From sequence record MW272540.1: 64,000 nucleotides of DNA; one strand, given 5' to 3'. The number at the start of each line of letters is the position of its first letter. The stretch's first letter is position 1. The notes beneath the pieces are model-generated. The model had not been told where the DNA came from. It was given only the letters and a program-made list of their open reading frames with translations, and did not search any database. The translations under genes and the position numbers were made by a program. Below are positions 25,719 through 34,563 of this stretch, one piece after another.

Positions 25719-26570
25719 ATGAAACGATTTAAAGATTTCGTACTTGAAGAAAAGCTGATGGTCTTCGGTAAGAAAGCATACCCTCAATTTAATAACGTAT
25801 TGATTCTAGCCGGTGGCGCTGCTTCTGGTAAAGGTTTTGTTACTCAAAAGCTTATTGGTATGGAAGGTATTACACTCGATGTGGATAGAGTAAAAGAGTT
25901 GGCAATGGCTTCAACTCGTCTTGCTGCACGTATTAAGAAAGAAACTGGTCATGATATTAAATCCATGAACCTGAAGAATCCTGAAGATGTTGCAACCTTA
26001 CATAATCTGCTTGCCTCTGAATTCAAAGTAACAAAGAACATGGATAAACGTGTATTTAATGGGGTTCTTGCTGCTCCATCAGATCGTAAACCGAATCTTA
26101 TCTTTGATGTGACTTTAAAAGAAATGGGTAAGATGGCTCAAATTGCTAAACAAATCCAAGATCTTGGATATGATAAAAAGAATATTCATATTTGTTGGGT
26201 AATGAATGACGTTCATGTTGCTATCGAACAGAATAAAACAAGATCTAGAACGGTTCCTTTGGAGATCTTGATTGGTACACATGAAGGTGCGGCACTAACT
26301 TTCAAAACCTTAATGGCTATGGGTGAAGGCGCAAGGAATTATGCAGATGGTGATTGGTATATATCTTTTAACAAAGCAGGTATTGATACCAATTGGAAAA
26401 CCTCTGGTAAAGGTGGTGGATATATGATGGATGCGAATTACATGAAGGTTAAATCTCAAGGTAAAGCCCCAATGAAAGCATCTGAACTCGATCAAGCGGT
26501 AATTAAAAAGATTACTGATTACACACCTAACCCTGAAACTTGGGGTATGTTGATGAAACCTAACAAGTAA
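25719..26570 (+). CDS. Zeta-toxin-like P-loop kinase with a capsid-targeting-like N-terminus
   Basis: ILAGGAASGKG, DVD, NLIFDVT, RSRTVP; MKRFKDFVLEE start; late promoter 25676-25683. Confidence 0.7.
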   Translation: MKRFKDFVLEEKLMVFGKKAYPQFNNVLILAGGAASGKGFVTQKLIGMEGITLDVDRVKELAMASTRLAARIKKETGHDIKSMNLKNPEDVATLHNLLASEFKVTKNMDKRVFNGVLAAPSDRKPNLIFDVTLKEMGKMAQIAKQIQDLGYDKKNIHICWVMNDVHVAIEQNKTRSRTVPLEILIGTHEGAALTFKTLMAMGEGARNYADGDWYISFNKAGIDTNWKTSGKGGGYMMDANYMKVKSQGKAPMKASELDQAVIKKITDYTPNPETWGMLMKPNK

Positions 26571-26611
26571 ATAGTAATGGGGAATTCTCCCCATTTTTGG
26601 AGAAAAATAAA

Positions 26612-27388
26612 ATGGCTATTGTTTATTACAAAGCAGGTGAAGCGGTTGCGATGTCTTCAACCAATTCCGAAGTTGGAACCACATATGTGTGGAAAAAAGG
26701 CACTAGTGTCATTTCCGGTCAGACAGGGAAAGATTTTTCTATTTCTGCGATGGCTGAAGGTGATATCGGCGTTTATACTGTTGAAGCAACCCCAACGGCT
26801 GGGGATCCGGTTACAGATACATTCTCGATTGGTTTGGTATCCCTGAATGATGGTGGTTTGACCCCATCAACCGTACAAGTCACAGAAGGTCAGGCTATCA
26901 ATTTGACCACTAATTTTTCTGTGTCTTTTAATCCTACCCCAGATTCTACACAGGCTAGTGATTATTCGCTTCAATACCAATGGAAAAAGCAAACTACCAA
27001 CGTACCTAGCGCGACAAGTAAAGATTTGACTATTGCAACTTCTGTGGTTGCTGACTCTGGGACTTATAATATTCAAGTAAACTTGATGAAAAGTTCTTCT
27101 GTCTACGTTACATCAACTAGAAAGGTTGCTGACGTTACAGTTTCCGCAGTTGTTCCAGCCCCCTTATGGTACGTCATTCCACTTGAATATCGTAATACTA
27201 GCTTTACTTGGATTGGATATTGGGTACTTGATGAAATCATGGCAACACCCGGTTGGTTTGCTGACCATAGCACAATGAAATATAAGGATGAAATTGCGCT
27301 TATCGTATCCGCATTCAACGAATACGGTGATTGTTTGCTTATGGAATCTCGAAATGGACGGATCCTTAAAGTTAGTGATCTGAAATAA
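26612..27388 (+). CDS. hoc: Head outer capsid protein Hoc (two Ig-like domains)
   Basis: YVWKK/YQWKK Ig strands; C-terminal PLEYRNTSFTWIGYWVLDEI...MESRNG. Confidence 0.9.
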   Translation: MAIVYYKAGEAVAMSSTNSEVGTTYVWKKGTSVISGQTGKDFSISAMAEGDIGVYTVEATPTAGDPVTDTFSIGLVSLNDGGLTPSTVQVTEGQAINLTTNFSVSFNPTPDSTQASDYSLQYQWKKQTTNVPSATSKDLTIATSVVADSGTYNIQVNLMKSSSVYVTSTRKVADVTVSAVVPAPLWYVIPLEYRNTSFTWIGYWVLDEIMATPGWFADHSTMKYKDEIALIVSAFNEYGDCLLMESRNGRILKVSDLK

Positions 27389-27392
27389 TAAT

Positions 27393-27414
27393 AGGCTCCT
27401 TCGGGAGCCTTTTT
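27393..27414 (+). terminator. Intrinsic terminator
   Basis: aggctcc-TTCG-ggagcctttt. Confidence 0.9.
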
Positions 27415-27446
27415 CATTTCCTAAATAAAAATAAAAGGATTCACCA

Positions 27447-27875
27447 ATGTTGTATAAAAAAAGTTTAGGTATAGAACGGCATAACATGCCACAAATAGAA
27501 GCTAAAAACGTCCCAATTTTTCTAGAATGGTTGATGATACAGACTAGTAAACCATGGAAAAAAGAGGCGGTTCGGGTAGGTTCTTTACTTCCTACTCAAA
27601 AAGAATATAATCCAGAAAAAGTAAAAAATATGATGAATGCACCCGATGAAGTTTTGACAAAACCAATTATAGTTTCTTCTGATAACTATATTTTGGATGG
27701 ACATCACAGATATAGTGCTATGCTAGAGAAAAACCCATTTATGAATTTTGAGATCTTCCGGGTTGACTTGGATATCAAAGAACTGTTAGAATACGCCGAC
27801 AGATTTCCTTTGACCTTCAAAAAAGGGTTAAATGAAAAAATTAGTTTCTTACAGTTCCAAAAGAGGTTTATTTGA
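27447..27875 (+). CDS. ParB/Srx-like domain protein
   Basis: KPIIVSSDNYILDGHHRY; late promoter 27420-27427. Confidence 0.8.
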   Translation: MLYKKSLGIERHNMPQIEAKNVPIFLEWLMIQTSKPWKKEAVRVGSLLPTQKEYNPEKVKNMMNAPDEVLTKPIIVSSDNYILDGHHRYSAMLEKNPFMNFEIFRVDLDIKELLEYADRFPLTFKKGLNEKISFLQFQKRFI

Positions 27876-28444
27876 TGGCTAGTTTGCACTTTCATTATGC
27901 AGCGATGAATTCTGGTAAGTCTACTCACTTGCTACAAGTTGCACACAATTACGAAGAACGTAACATGAATGTTCTCGTTATAAAACCAATTATCGATACA
28001 AGGGATGGAGATACCGTATCAGCCCGGATTGGTATCTCAAGACCAGCAATTATGGTATCTGAGAAAGAAAATTTGACAGACCTTTATCTTAGCTATAGGA
28101 TCGGGAAAAAAATTGATTGTATTTTGGTTGATGAAGCACAATTCTTGACTAAAGCCCAAGTATATCAACTCGGAAATATAGTGGATTGGTATGGTGTACC
28201 TGTGATGTGCTATGGTCTTCTTTCCGATTCAAACGGTGAACTTTTTCCCGGATCCGCAGCTTTGACCGTTTTAGCAGAAAAGAAGGTGGAACATAAGACC
28301 ATCTGTTGGTGTGGGAAAAAAGCTACTATGAACATGCGCATTGATGAAGCAGGAAACAAAGTGATTGGTGAACAGGTTTGTATTGGTGGTAACGACCGAT
28401 ATGTTTCTGTGTGTCGTGAACATTGGTCCTCTGGTAAGTCGTAA
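27875..28444 (+). CDS. tk: Thymidine kinase
   Basis: YAAMNSGKST, ILVDEAQFL, ICWCGKKA, YVSVCREH. Confidence 0.97.
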   Translation: MASLHFHYAAMNSGKSTHLLQVAHNYEERNMNVLVIKPIIDTRDGDTVSARIGISRPAIMVSEKENLTDLYLSYRIGKKIDCILVDEAQFLTKAQVYQLGNIVDWYGVPVMCYGLLSDSNGELFPGSAALTVLAEKKVEHKTICWCGKKATMNMRIDEAGNKVIGEQVCIGGNDRYVSVCREHWSSGKS

Positions 28445-28471
28445 AAAGGATCCCCTTGTGGGATCCTTTTT
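28443..28471 (+). terminator. Intrinsic terminator
   Basis: aaaaaggatccc-cttgt-gggatccttttt. Confidence 0.88.
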
Positions 28472-28511
28472 ACTTGACAACTGTAAAAATTAGTTTAATC
28501 TACCAAGACAA

Positions 28512-29012
28512 ATGGAGGTATCTATGAGTAATAAGAAATATATTAAGTCGTTAGGTCACAACGAGGTTGTAAAATGTTTGGGGTTTCCTTTGGGTATTCT
28601 GGATCATTTTCCTGCTAGGTCATATTGGCATCCAGAAACTAGAGGATATAAGACAAAAATTTTTCCACCAGTTGTTTGCTTTACAGATGCTCTTTGGGCA
28701 GTTAGGCTTTTTGAAAAACGACTTAGAAAAGTAGGATATAAGCTTGATGGTTTCTATACCTTGGATTTTTCTGTTCTGTCTATGAATGACTGTGAATTTG
28801 ATTATAAATATCATAACAGTATTGGATTCACATATAGACATGATATAGATAAAATTCTCATTCGACTGATTGTTGACGGCGAACCTATCTGTGTGAGATA
28901 CTTAGGCCAGAATCGAGAATTTCTAAATATTTTTCAGAATTTTGGTGTGTTTAACCAACCACCAGACGAAATTATTAAATTTGTACAAGATTGTAGAGAT
29001 AATGTTAAATGA
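28512..29012 (+). CDS. Hypothetical protein
   Basis: ORF after a TTGACA early promoter (28474). Confidence 0.75.
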   Translation: MEVSMSNKKYIKSLGHNEVVKCLGFPLGILDHFPARSYWHPETRGYKTKIFPPVVCFTDALWAVRLFEKRLRKVGYKLDGFYTLDFSVLSMNDCEFDYKYHNSIGFTYRHDIDKILIRLIVDGEPICVRYLGQNREFLNIFQNFGVFNQPPDEIIKFVQDCRDNVK

Positions 29013-29335
29013 GATACACAAGAGAAGTCACAGTAACAAAAACCTATGAAGTTAGCATCGAAGATTTTGTAAACTACCACCTTCGAGAGATCCGACCATA
29101 CGAAGATGTATATGACTTTTATGTTTCTTCTAATAATGGGTTTATCAGTCGATGTTTTTCATTGAAAAAATCGTTGTTCTCCTCTTATGATTGTGATATA
29201 TTGGATTTTGAACCTAGCTCTTGTACAGAAGGATATAAAACAAAATATCCTGAAAATTACGAGAAACACAAGAAAGTATGTCAAGTGTTGATTGAAGTGT
29301 TTAACAAAAACAAAAAACTAGTTGGAGAAGAATGA
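29009..29335 (+). CDS. Hypothetical protein
   Basis: Coupled ORF (ATGA overlap). Confidence 0.75.
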   Translation: MRYTREVTVTKTYEVSIEDFVNYHLREIRPYEDVYDFYVSSNNGFISRCFSLKKSLFSSYDCDILDFEPSSCTEGYKTKYPENYEKHKKVCQVLIEVFNKNKKLVGEE

Positions 29336-29946
29336 TGTCAAGTGGAAAAGCAACTTTGCGGTCTACCGCAAAACATGCACGACGTCAAGCACAAAACCGT
29401 CGTTGTATTAAAAAGTTTTTGTTGGGGGTTGGCCTAACTGGGAAATCCGAAGGCTTGAAGGATCTACATAGCTATTTTGATTCTGGTCATATTTCGTGGC
29501 GAATTCGACATATCAAGAAAAAACTAATAGAACATTTAAATTGTAACAATTTTGGTGCAAGTGAATTGCAGTTTAAATTTGTTAAGGCGAGTTATTCGGC
29601 GGAGGGTTCCGACACATGGCATTTTGTTGTATTGCCAGATAACCACAAACGGTTTGGTAATTTTCTAAACTCCCTTAATATTCGGTGGTCTTTTAAAGGG
29701 TATGGGCAAGAGATAATTATCCCCATTATTCAGGAATTGGAAGATAAACCAGTAAAATACCGTCAACCAAAACCAAAAATCGAAATCTCCGTAGGTGTTG
29801 TTGGGGATAGTGTGGTCTCTCTGATGAAACACATCGACGAACTATCTATATTGAAAGTTGATCTTAGTCAAAAGATGGTGCGTGTTGATAACGACATTCG
29901 TATTGCAAAACAAAAATTGTCTAAAATTATGACGAAATATCTATAA
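29332..29946 (+). CDS. Hypothetical protein
   Basis: Coupled ORF, basic N-terminus. Confidence 0.75.
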   Translation: MMSSGKATLRSTAKHARRQAQNRRCIKKFLLGVGLTGKSEGLKDLHSYFDSGHISWRIRHIKKKLIEHLNCNNFGASELQFKFVKASYSAEGSDTWHFVVLPDNHKRFGNFLNSLNIRWSFKGYGQEIIIPIIQELEDKPVKYRQPKPKIEISVGVVGDSVVSLMKHIDELSILKVDLSQKMVRVDNDIRIAKQKLSKIMTKYL

Positions 29947-30009
29947 ATACTGTTTACATCGATACACCTTTGATGTAATATGGATTTGTTGATTAGGAAC
30001 GGAGAAGAT

Positions 30010-30348
30010 ATGAAAACCATCGACTGTAAAGACCCATATGTTGAGTTTTACCATGGTTCTTGTACCAAGGCGTTGAAAGGAAACATGCTTCTCCCACCAG
30101 AAATGACCGAAACTATCTCTGAGAAGGGTAGAAAGAAAAACCTAGACCGGGTATTTTTTACCAAAGACCGTGGACTTGCAAAGGTTTATGCTCGTAGGGC
30201 AGCCCGGTCTATCGGTGGTGAACCTACATTGTTTCGTGTTGTTTGTCCTGTAGATACTGTTTTTATGTCTGAAACTCCGGGTGCAACTGTGTATCATGCA
30301 GCTTGGGCCTTTGTTGAACAAATCCCATTCGGAAAACTGAGCGATTAA
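30010..30348 (+). CDS. ADP-ribosyltransferase-fold protein (Arr-like)
   Basis: FYHGS...LLPP...GR..LDRVFFT...AKVYA pattern. Confidence 0.6.
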   Translation: MKTIDCKDPYVEFYHGSCTKALKGNMLLPPEMTETISEKGRKKNLDRVFFTKDRGLAKVYARRAARSIGGEPTLFRVVCPVDTVFMSETPGATVYHAAWAFVEQIPFGKLSD

Positions 30349-30358
30349 GGAAATTATT

Positions 30359-30721
30359 ATGGAATTCAAACTTGACGATTCGAATCTGGTTATTAACCAT
30401 CTGTTTCTGGACCAGTCCGACGAAATTTTGGAAAAGATCCGAGAAACCCGAAATAAAGACATTAAAGATGAACCTTTCAAGCTTTCTATCCTGATCAATG
30501 GTGTTCAAATTGAGCACGTTCAATCATATGAAGACTTCATGAAGTATCAATACGAAGTGATGGAAAACCGCATCAAGAAAGATTATGGTGTTGAACACTT
30601 TGATCGCCGGGTGCGTGAAGCCGCCGAACAACTTATCAAGCAGAAGTTTGGTGATTTGATGAACAAAATGTACGATTTTGAAAATTCTGTTGATTTTTGC
30701 AACGATGTAATTCAAAAATGA
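30359..30721 (+). CDS. Hypothetical protein (C-terminus altered by the 127-bp duplication)
   Basis: Without the duplication it would end ...VIQKEWGM*, coupled to the next ATG. Confidence 0.75.
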   Translation: MEFKLDDSNLVINHLFLDQSDEILEKIRETRNKDIKDEPFKLSILINGVQIEHVQSYEDFMKYQYEVMENRIKKDYGVEHFDRRVREAAEQLIKQKFGDLMNKMYDFENSVDFCNDVIQK

Positions 30722-30845
30722 ACACTTTGATCGCCGGGTGCGTGAAGCCGCCGAACAACTTATCAAGCAGAAGTTTGGTGATTTGATGAACAAAATGTAC
30801 GATTTTGAAAATTCTGTTGATTTTTGCAACGATGTAATTCAAAAA
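30592..30845. repeat. Exact 127-bp tandem duplication
   Basis: 30592-30718 identical to 30719-30845. Confidence 0.97.
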
Positions 30846-30859
30846 GAGTGGGGGATGTG

Positions 30860-31366
30860 ATGAAAAAGCTTTATGTAGAAAAATCAGTAATGAAAGAAGT
30901 ACAAGGGAGTATGGTTGAAGAGGGATGCGGATTTAACTATAAATCAACACGTCTAGTTGTGTCTGTTATTAAAAAAACTCAGGGTGTAGTATCGCAACTT
31001 ATCGCATCTAATACAGGGATAACTATTATTCTAGATCAGATTAATTCAGCTGGAGGTGTTCGTGTTTCTGAATATACTTCAAATGGGTCTGTTTCTGATG
31101 TAACTGATATATCTATGTTTGGGATGACCTTACTGAACGGAGATCTGTTTACAAAAAAACAAGAGAAAGTGACTGAATTTAGGCAGCTTCAAATCGGCGA
31201 CGTTCTCACTATTGGTGTCCGTAGAAACAAAAACCCAAAAGATATTTCCGTTTCCTTTATTGGTCAGGATGGTTCTGCTTTCGCGACGGATTGTAATGGT
31301 AAATCATACTTCATCAATAGAAACGACCGGGATCAACTAAAATCTCTGAAATTGAAATTGATGTAA
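30860..31366 (+). CDS. Hypothetical protein
   Basis: True start MKKLYVEK at 30860. Confidence 0.8.
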   Translation: MKKLYVEKSVMKEVQGSMVEEGCGFNYKSTRLVVSVIKKTQGVVSQLIASNTGITIILDQINSAGGVRVSEYTSNGSVSDVTDISMFGMTLLNGDLFTKKQEKVTEFRQLQIGDVLTIGVRRNKNPKDISVSFIGQDGSAFATDCNGKSYFINRNDRDQLKSLKLKLM

Positions 31367-31434
31367 TAAATTGTTTGACACGTCCAATCACTATCTGATA
31401 TTCTCTATCTCGTAAACAAACAAGAGGATTTATC

Positions 31435-32004
31435 ATGAAAAAAGATACTATTGTTAAACTGAACCCGAACTCGATGTGGGCTGACGGTACGGCTGAAAAT
31501 CCGTTAGATACTACCGGTCGGGTCACTCAAAACTGTAGTAGTTGGGTCTATGTTCAGTGGGATAACGGTTGTGAAAACGTATATGATGATATCGATCTGA
31601 TCGTTTTGTCTGAACCGGTCGAAACCGTGAACCTCCCGGTTGTCGAGCAGGATTACGGAAGCGGGAAATTTAACGACGATTTTGTCAAGTCTGTCATGAA
31701 AGAAATCGAAGAATATCACAAACAATATCTGGTAGACCATCCTCATGACTGGGATTGTGTTGGTTGGGCAAATGTTTGTGTCGAGTTCGGTCGTAAACGC
31801 AAGCTTAAACAACAAATCCTCGATCTTGGTTTTGAAATTGCATTCAAAACCGGTACAGAAACTGTACTAAATCCTAAATTCAAGGTCCCGAATTGTGGTC
31901 ATCAATCAATGACTTATAACGAGGACCGATATCGGATCATCTGTAAAGAAATAAATAACATCGTCGGTGAAAAAGTCGCCTACATTAAATCTTATATGGA
32001 CTAA
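31435..32004 (+). CDS. Hypothetical protein
   Basis: After TTGACA promoter at 31375; SD gagga. Confidence 0.8.
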   Translation: MKKDTIVKLNPNSMWADGTAENPLDTTGRVTQNCSSWVYVQWDNGCENVYDDIDLIVLSEPVETVNLPVVEQDYGSGKFNDDFVKSVMKEIEEYHKQYLVDHPHDWDCVGWANVCVEFGRKRKLKQQILDLGFEIAFKTGTETVLNPKFKVPNCGHQSMTYNEDRYRIICKEINNIVGEKVAYIKSYMD

Positions 32005-32007
32005 AAT

Positions 32008-32535
32008 ATGGAAACAAAACAATTTAAATTCAAAAGTTTAGAAGCCCGGAAAAAATTCAAGTCTGCGGGGAAAACCAACCAATTCATTCTGGATAATTAT
32101 TTTAAAATCGGTATTCTGAACCTCAGTTTCACCGAGTTGCTTAACGCACCCCAACGTGGTTTTATCAATCATTTTATTGACAAGGATGGTAATGAAGTGA
32201 TTGACGATATTAATGTAATTGATATCGATGAATTTACAGAACTGTTTGAAGAAAAACCGGAATCCAAATCGAAAGTTGGGTCTCCTGAAAAAGGTGTTCT
32301 TGATGAGGATCTATTGTTTCAGCATATTTCACGAGAGCTAGGAACTGAACCTTTACAAAAATCTCAAGAACCGTTTAAGAGTTCCGTTCTTATTGAAGCC
32401 CCATTGAAACCGATTAATTGGTCCCTAGAAAAGGCTATTATGGAGATGGTTCTTAGGGAATATAAAACAGCTGGTGATATGGATATCCGTATTACCATTA
32501 AAAATGGTAAGGTGGAATACAGTGTTAAACTCTAA
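32008..32535 (+). CDS. Hypothetical protein
   Basis: ORF in operon. Confidence 0.75.
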   Translation: METKQFKFKSLEARKKFKSAGKTNQFILDNYFKIGILNLSFTELLNAPQRGFINHFIDKDGNEVIDDINVIDIDEFTELFEEKPESKSKVGSPEKGVLDEDLLFQHISRELGTEPLQKSQEPFKSSVLIEAPLKPINWSLEKAIMEMVLREYKTAGDMDIRITIKNGKVEYSVKL

Positions 32536-32806
32536 CGATCTACCAGAAAGGATGTTAGTACGAGGTCGATATGAATTTCGATCTCTTGAAGCTAGGTATG
32601 ACTACCGGACTCGCACCATACAAAATCGTTTTAATTATGAATTGCTAAAAGATGGTTTCCGGATTTTTCATATCGACGAAGACGAAAATGTAATTGCGAT
32701 TTGTAGTTTGGATGATGTTCATGGCGAGCGTCCTTTCTATTTGAACGATGGGACGGTTTTTATTAATCGTTCTGAGAGTGTGTTGTTTATTAGGAAAATT
32801 GAATGA
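32474..32806 (+). CDS. Hypothetical protein (start uncertain)
   Basis: ORF in operon. Confidence 0.65.
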   Translation: MIWISVLPLKMVRWNTVLNSNDLPERMLVRGRYEFRSLEARYDYRTRTIQNRFNYELLKDGFRIFHIDEDENVIAICSLDDVHGERPFYLNDGTVFINRSESVLFIRKIE

Positions 32807-33090
32807 ACCTAAAACATATCAAAATATTGTGTCGTAATTTCGGTAGAGACGCCGAAATTATTTTGAACAACGAAAAACACATGGGATTTAAGGATTGGAG
32901 TTACGATTTCGTTACTCTTGACGAAAGTCGAGAGGAAGAATTCAATAACAATACGGTAAATTTTTATTTTATCTCCGGTGGGAATACAATTTTCCATCCT
33001 GTCAACTTGGTCGTTTTGGATAGTTCACCAGACTGGGTTGTTGGTGAGTTTTATAAAGAGATCCACGAATATAATAAAGGTATGAAATGA
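32803..33090 (+). CDS. Hypothetical protein
   Basis: Coupled ORF. Confidence 0.7.
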   Translation: MNLKHIKILCRNFGRDAEIILNNEKHMGFKDWSYDFVTLDESREEEFNNNTVNFYFISGGNTIFHPVNLVVLDSSPDWVVGEFYKEIHEYNKGMK

Positions 33091-33584
33091 AAATTAAATA
33101 TATCTCCGGTGATATGATTGATATGATGAAAGATCCGGAATGGCTAAAAGTCCCGACAATTTTTGTTCATGGTTGTAATTGTCATACAGCAATGAATTCT
33201 GGTATTGCGGGTGGTATTTCGAAATTTTTCCCTGAAGCCCCAGAAGCAGACCGTCTTTATCAAAAGTTGTTCAAACAAAAAGATGGAACCGTTTCTATGG
33301 ATATGCTTGGATTATATAGTTGGATTCCACTTGAATATGGTTCTAAACTTGTAAATCTATACACCCAATATTTCCCCGGTCCAGATCTTCGTTTAGAAGC
33401 TTTAGAAGAAGGGTTTATTAATATTGCGTCAGATTATGGATATGATGGATATCGTTTAGTCTTTCCAAAAATCGGTGCAGGTATTGCCGGTGGTGATTGG
33501 GAAGTAATTTCAAAGGTTATCGAGAATACATTGGACGATGACGATTTTGAAGAAGTCATTTGTGTTGAATGGGATAAACGATGA
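33087..33584 (+). CDS. Macrodomain (ADP-ribose binding/hydrolase; T4 Tk.4-like)
   Basis: YISGDM, VHGCNC..AMNSGIAGGI, NLYTQY, FPKIGAGIAGGDWE.I. Confidence 0.92.
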   Translation: MKIKYISGDMIDMMKDPEWLKVPTIFVHGCNCHTAMNSGIAGGISKFFPEAPEADRLYQKLFKQKDGTVSMDMLGLYSWIPLEYGSKLVNLYTQYFPGPDLRLEALEEGFINIASDYGYDGYRLVFPKIGAGIAGGDWEVISKVIENTLDDDDFEEVICVEWDKR

Positions 33585-33760
33585 CCCACAACCCAACAGA
33601 ATTAGAGGTCATCTATGCGGAGATGTATGAAAGTTTGTTGTTGAGGCTAGGAAGACCATACGCCGATATAGAAATGATATTGATCCTTCAACACGAAGGC
33701 TTATCTTCAACCGAGTCAATTAAAGTAGTTGAGTACGTTAGGAAAGTGAACGGGATTTAA
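33581..33760 (+). CDS. Small hypothetical protein (59 aa)
   Basis: Manual translation MTHNPTELEV...VNGI*; coupled to the macrodomain gene. Confidence 0.6.
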   Translation: MTHNPTELEVIYAEMYESLLLRLGRPYADIEMILILQHEGLSSTESIKVVEYVRKVNGI

Positions 33761-33770
33761 TATATCTCTC

Positions 33771-33805
33771 AAAGGCTCCAACCTAAATAAGGTTGGAGCC
33801 TTTTT
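33771..33805 (+). terminator. Terminator hairpin with a late promoter at its apex
   Basis: aaaggctccaacct-aaata-aggttggagcctttt; CCTAAATA at 33782-33789. Confidence 0.85.
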
Positions 33806-33825
33806 GTTTTTGGAGATTAAATTAA

Positions 33826-34206
33826 ATGACAGCTGGATATAAAGTGGTTGCTTTTCTTTTCCTATTGTCAATTGTCGGTGGTGGTGGATACTACATGTTC
33901 CATAGAATAGAGCAACAGGCTATTACCATCGGAGAGATGACACAACAGATTGAAAACTATACAACACGAATAACCGCCCTAGAAACGTCTATAAGCGATT
34001 TTAAAACCAAGTCGTCCGAGTATAACAAGGAGACGGAGAAATCGAATAGGGAGCTTTCTGTGAGGCTTGATAAGCTAGATAAAAATGTACAACGAGGTAA
34101 AGACGCGATCAAGGCAAAACCAAAACTGGTTGAGAAACTGATCCAGAAAGATTACATGGACTTTAGCCAGCGTATGGATTGTTTAACGTTGGAGAAATGT
34201 AAATGA
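33826..34206 (+). CDS. Inner-membrane spanin (Rz / PseT.3-like)
   Basis: N-terminal TM, coiled coil, KPKLVEKLI. Confidence 0.85.
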   Translation: MTAGYKVVAFLFLLSIVGGGGYYMFHRIEQQAITIGEMTQQIENYTTRITALETSISDFKTKSSEYNKETEKSNRELSVRLDKLDKNVQRGKDAIKAKPKLVEKLIQKDYMDFSQRMDCLTLEKCK

Positions 34207-34505
34207 AAAAAATTATAATAGCACTTTCTATACTGGTTTTATCTGCATGTTCTTCTACGCCAGTGGAACCCGCAAAAGATTTAGTCTATCACCCAACAAG
34301 ACCGGTCCCGGTTAAAACTTATGTTCCTAATTGGGTGGTGGTTGCTGATGGGGATAAAACAGTTGTGGGTATGACCTATGAAGAGAGTTTAAAATATAGA
34401 GCTTGGTTGGAGAAATTGGGAAATTATATAGATTCACAAAATAAAATGTTGTGCGTTTATAGAGAGGAATTAAAAGAAGACCAATGTAAAAAGGCTCCAA
34501 AATAG
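34203..34505 (+). CDS. Outer-membrane lipoprotein spanin (Rz1 / PseT.2-like)
   Basis: Lipobox LSAC, HPTRP.PV, MLCVYR..L.E..C. Confidence 0.88.
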   Translation: MKKIIIALSILVLSACSSTPVEPAKDLVYHPTRPVPVKTYVPNWVVVADGDKTVVGMTYEESLKYRAWLEKLGNYIDSQNKMLCVYREELKEDQCKKAPK

Positions 34506-34563
34506 GAGCCTTTTTAATTACCTAAATAATAAGGTAAAATGATTTCAATTAGAGGATTTAGAG

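Noticed and set aside
30592-30845. Exact 127-bp tandem duplication
   Set aside because: 127 is a common maximum assembler k-mer, and circular contigs carry such an end overlap that becomes a tandem repeat after rotation. Removing one copy restores a clean stop/start coupling (..EWGM* / ATG 30860). Probably an artefact; spanning reads or PCR would decide.
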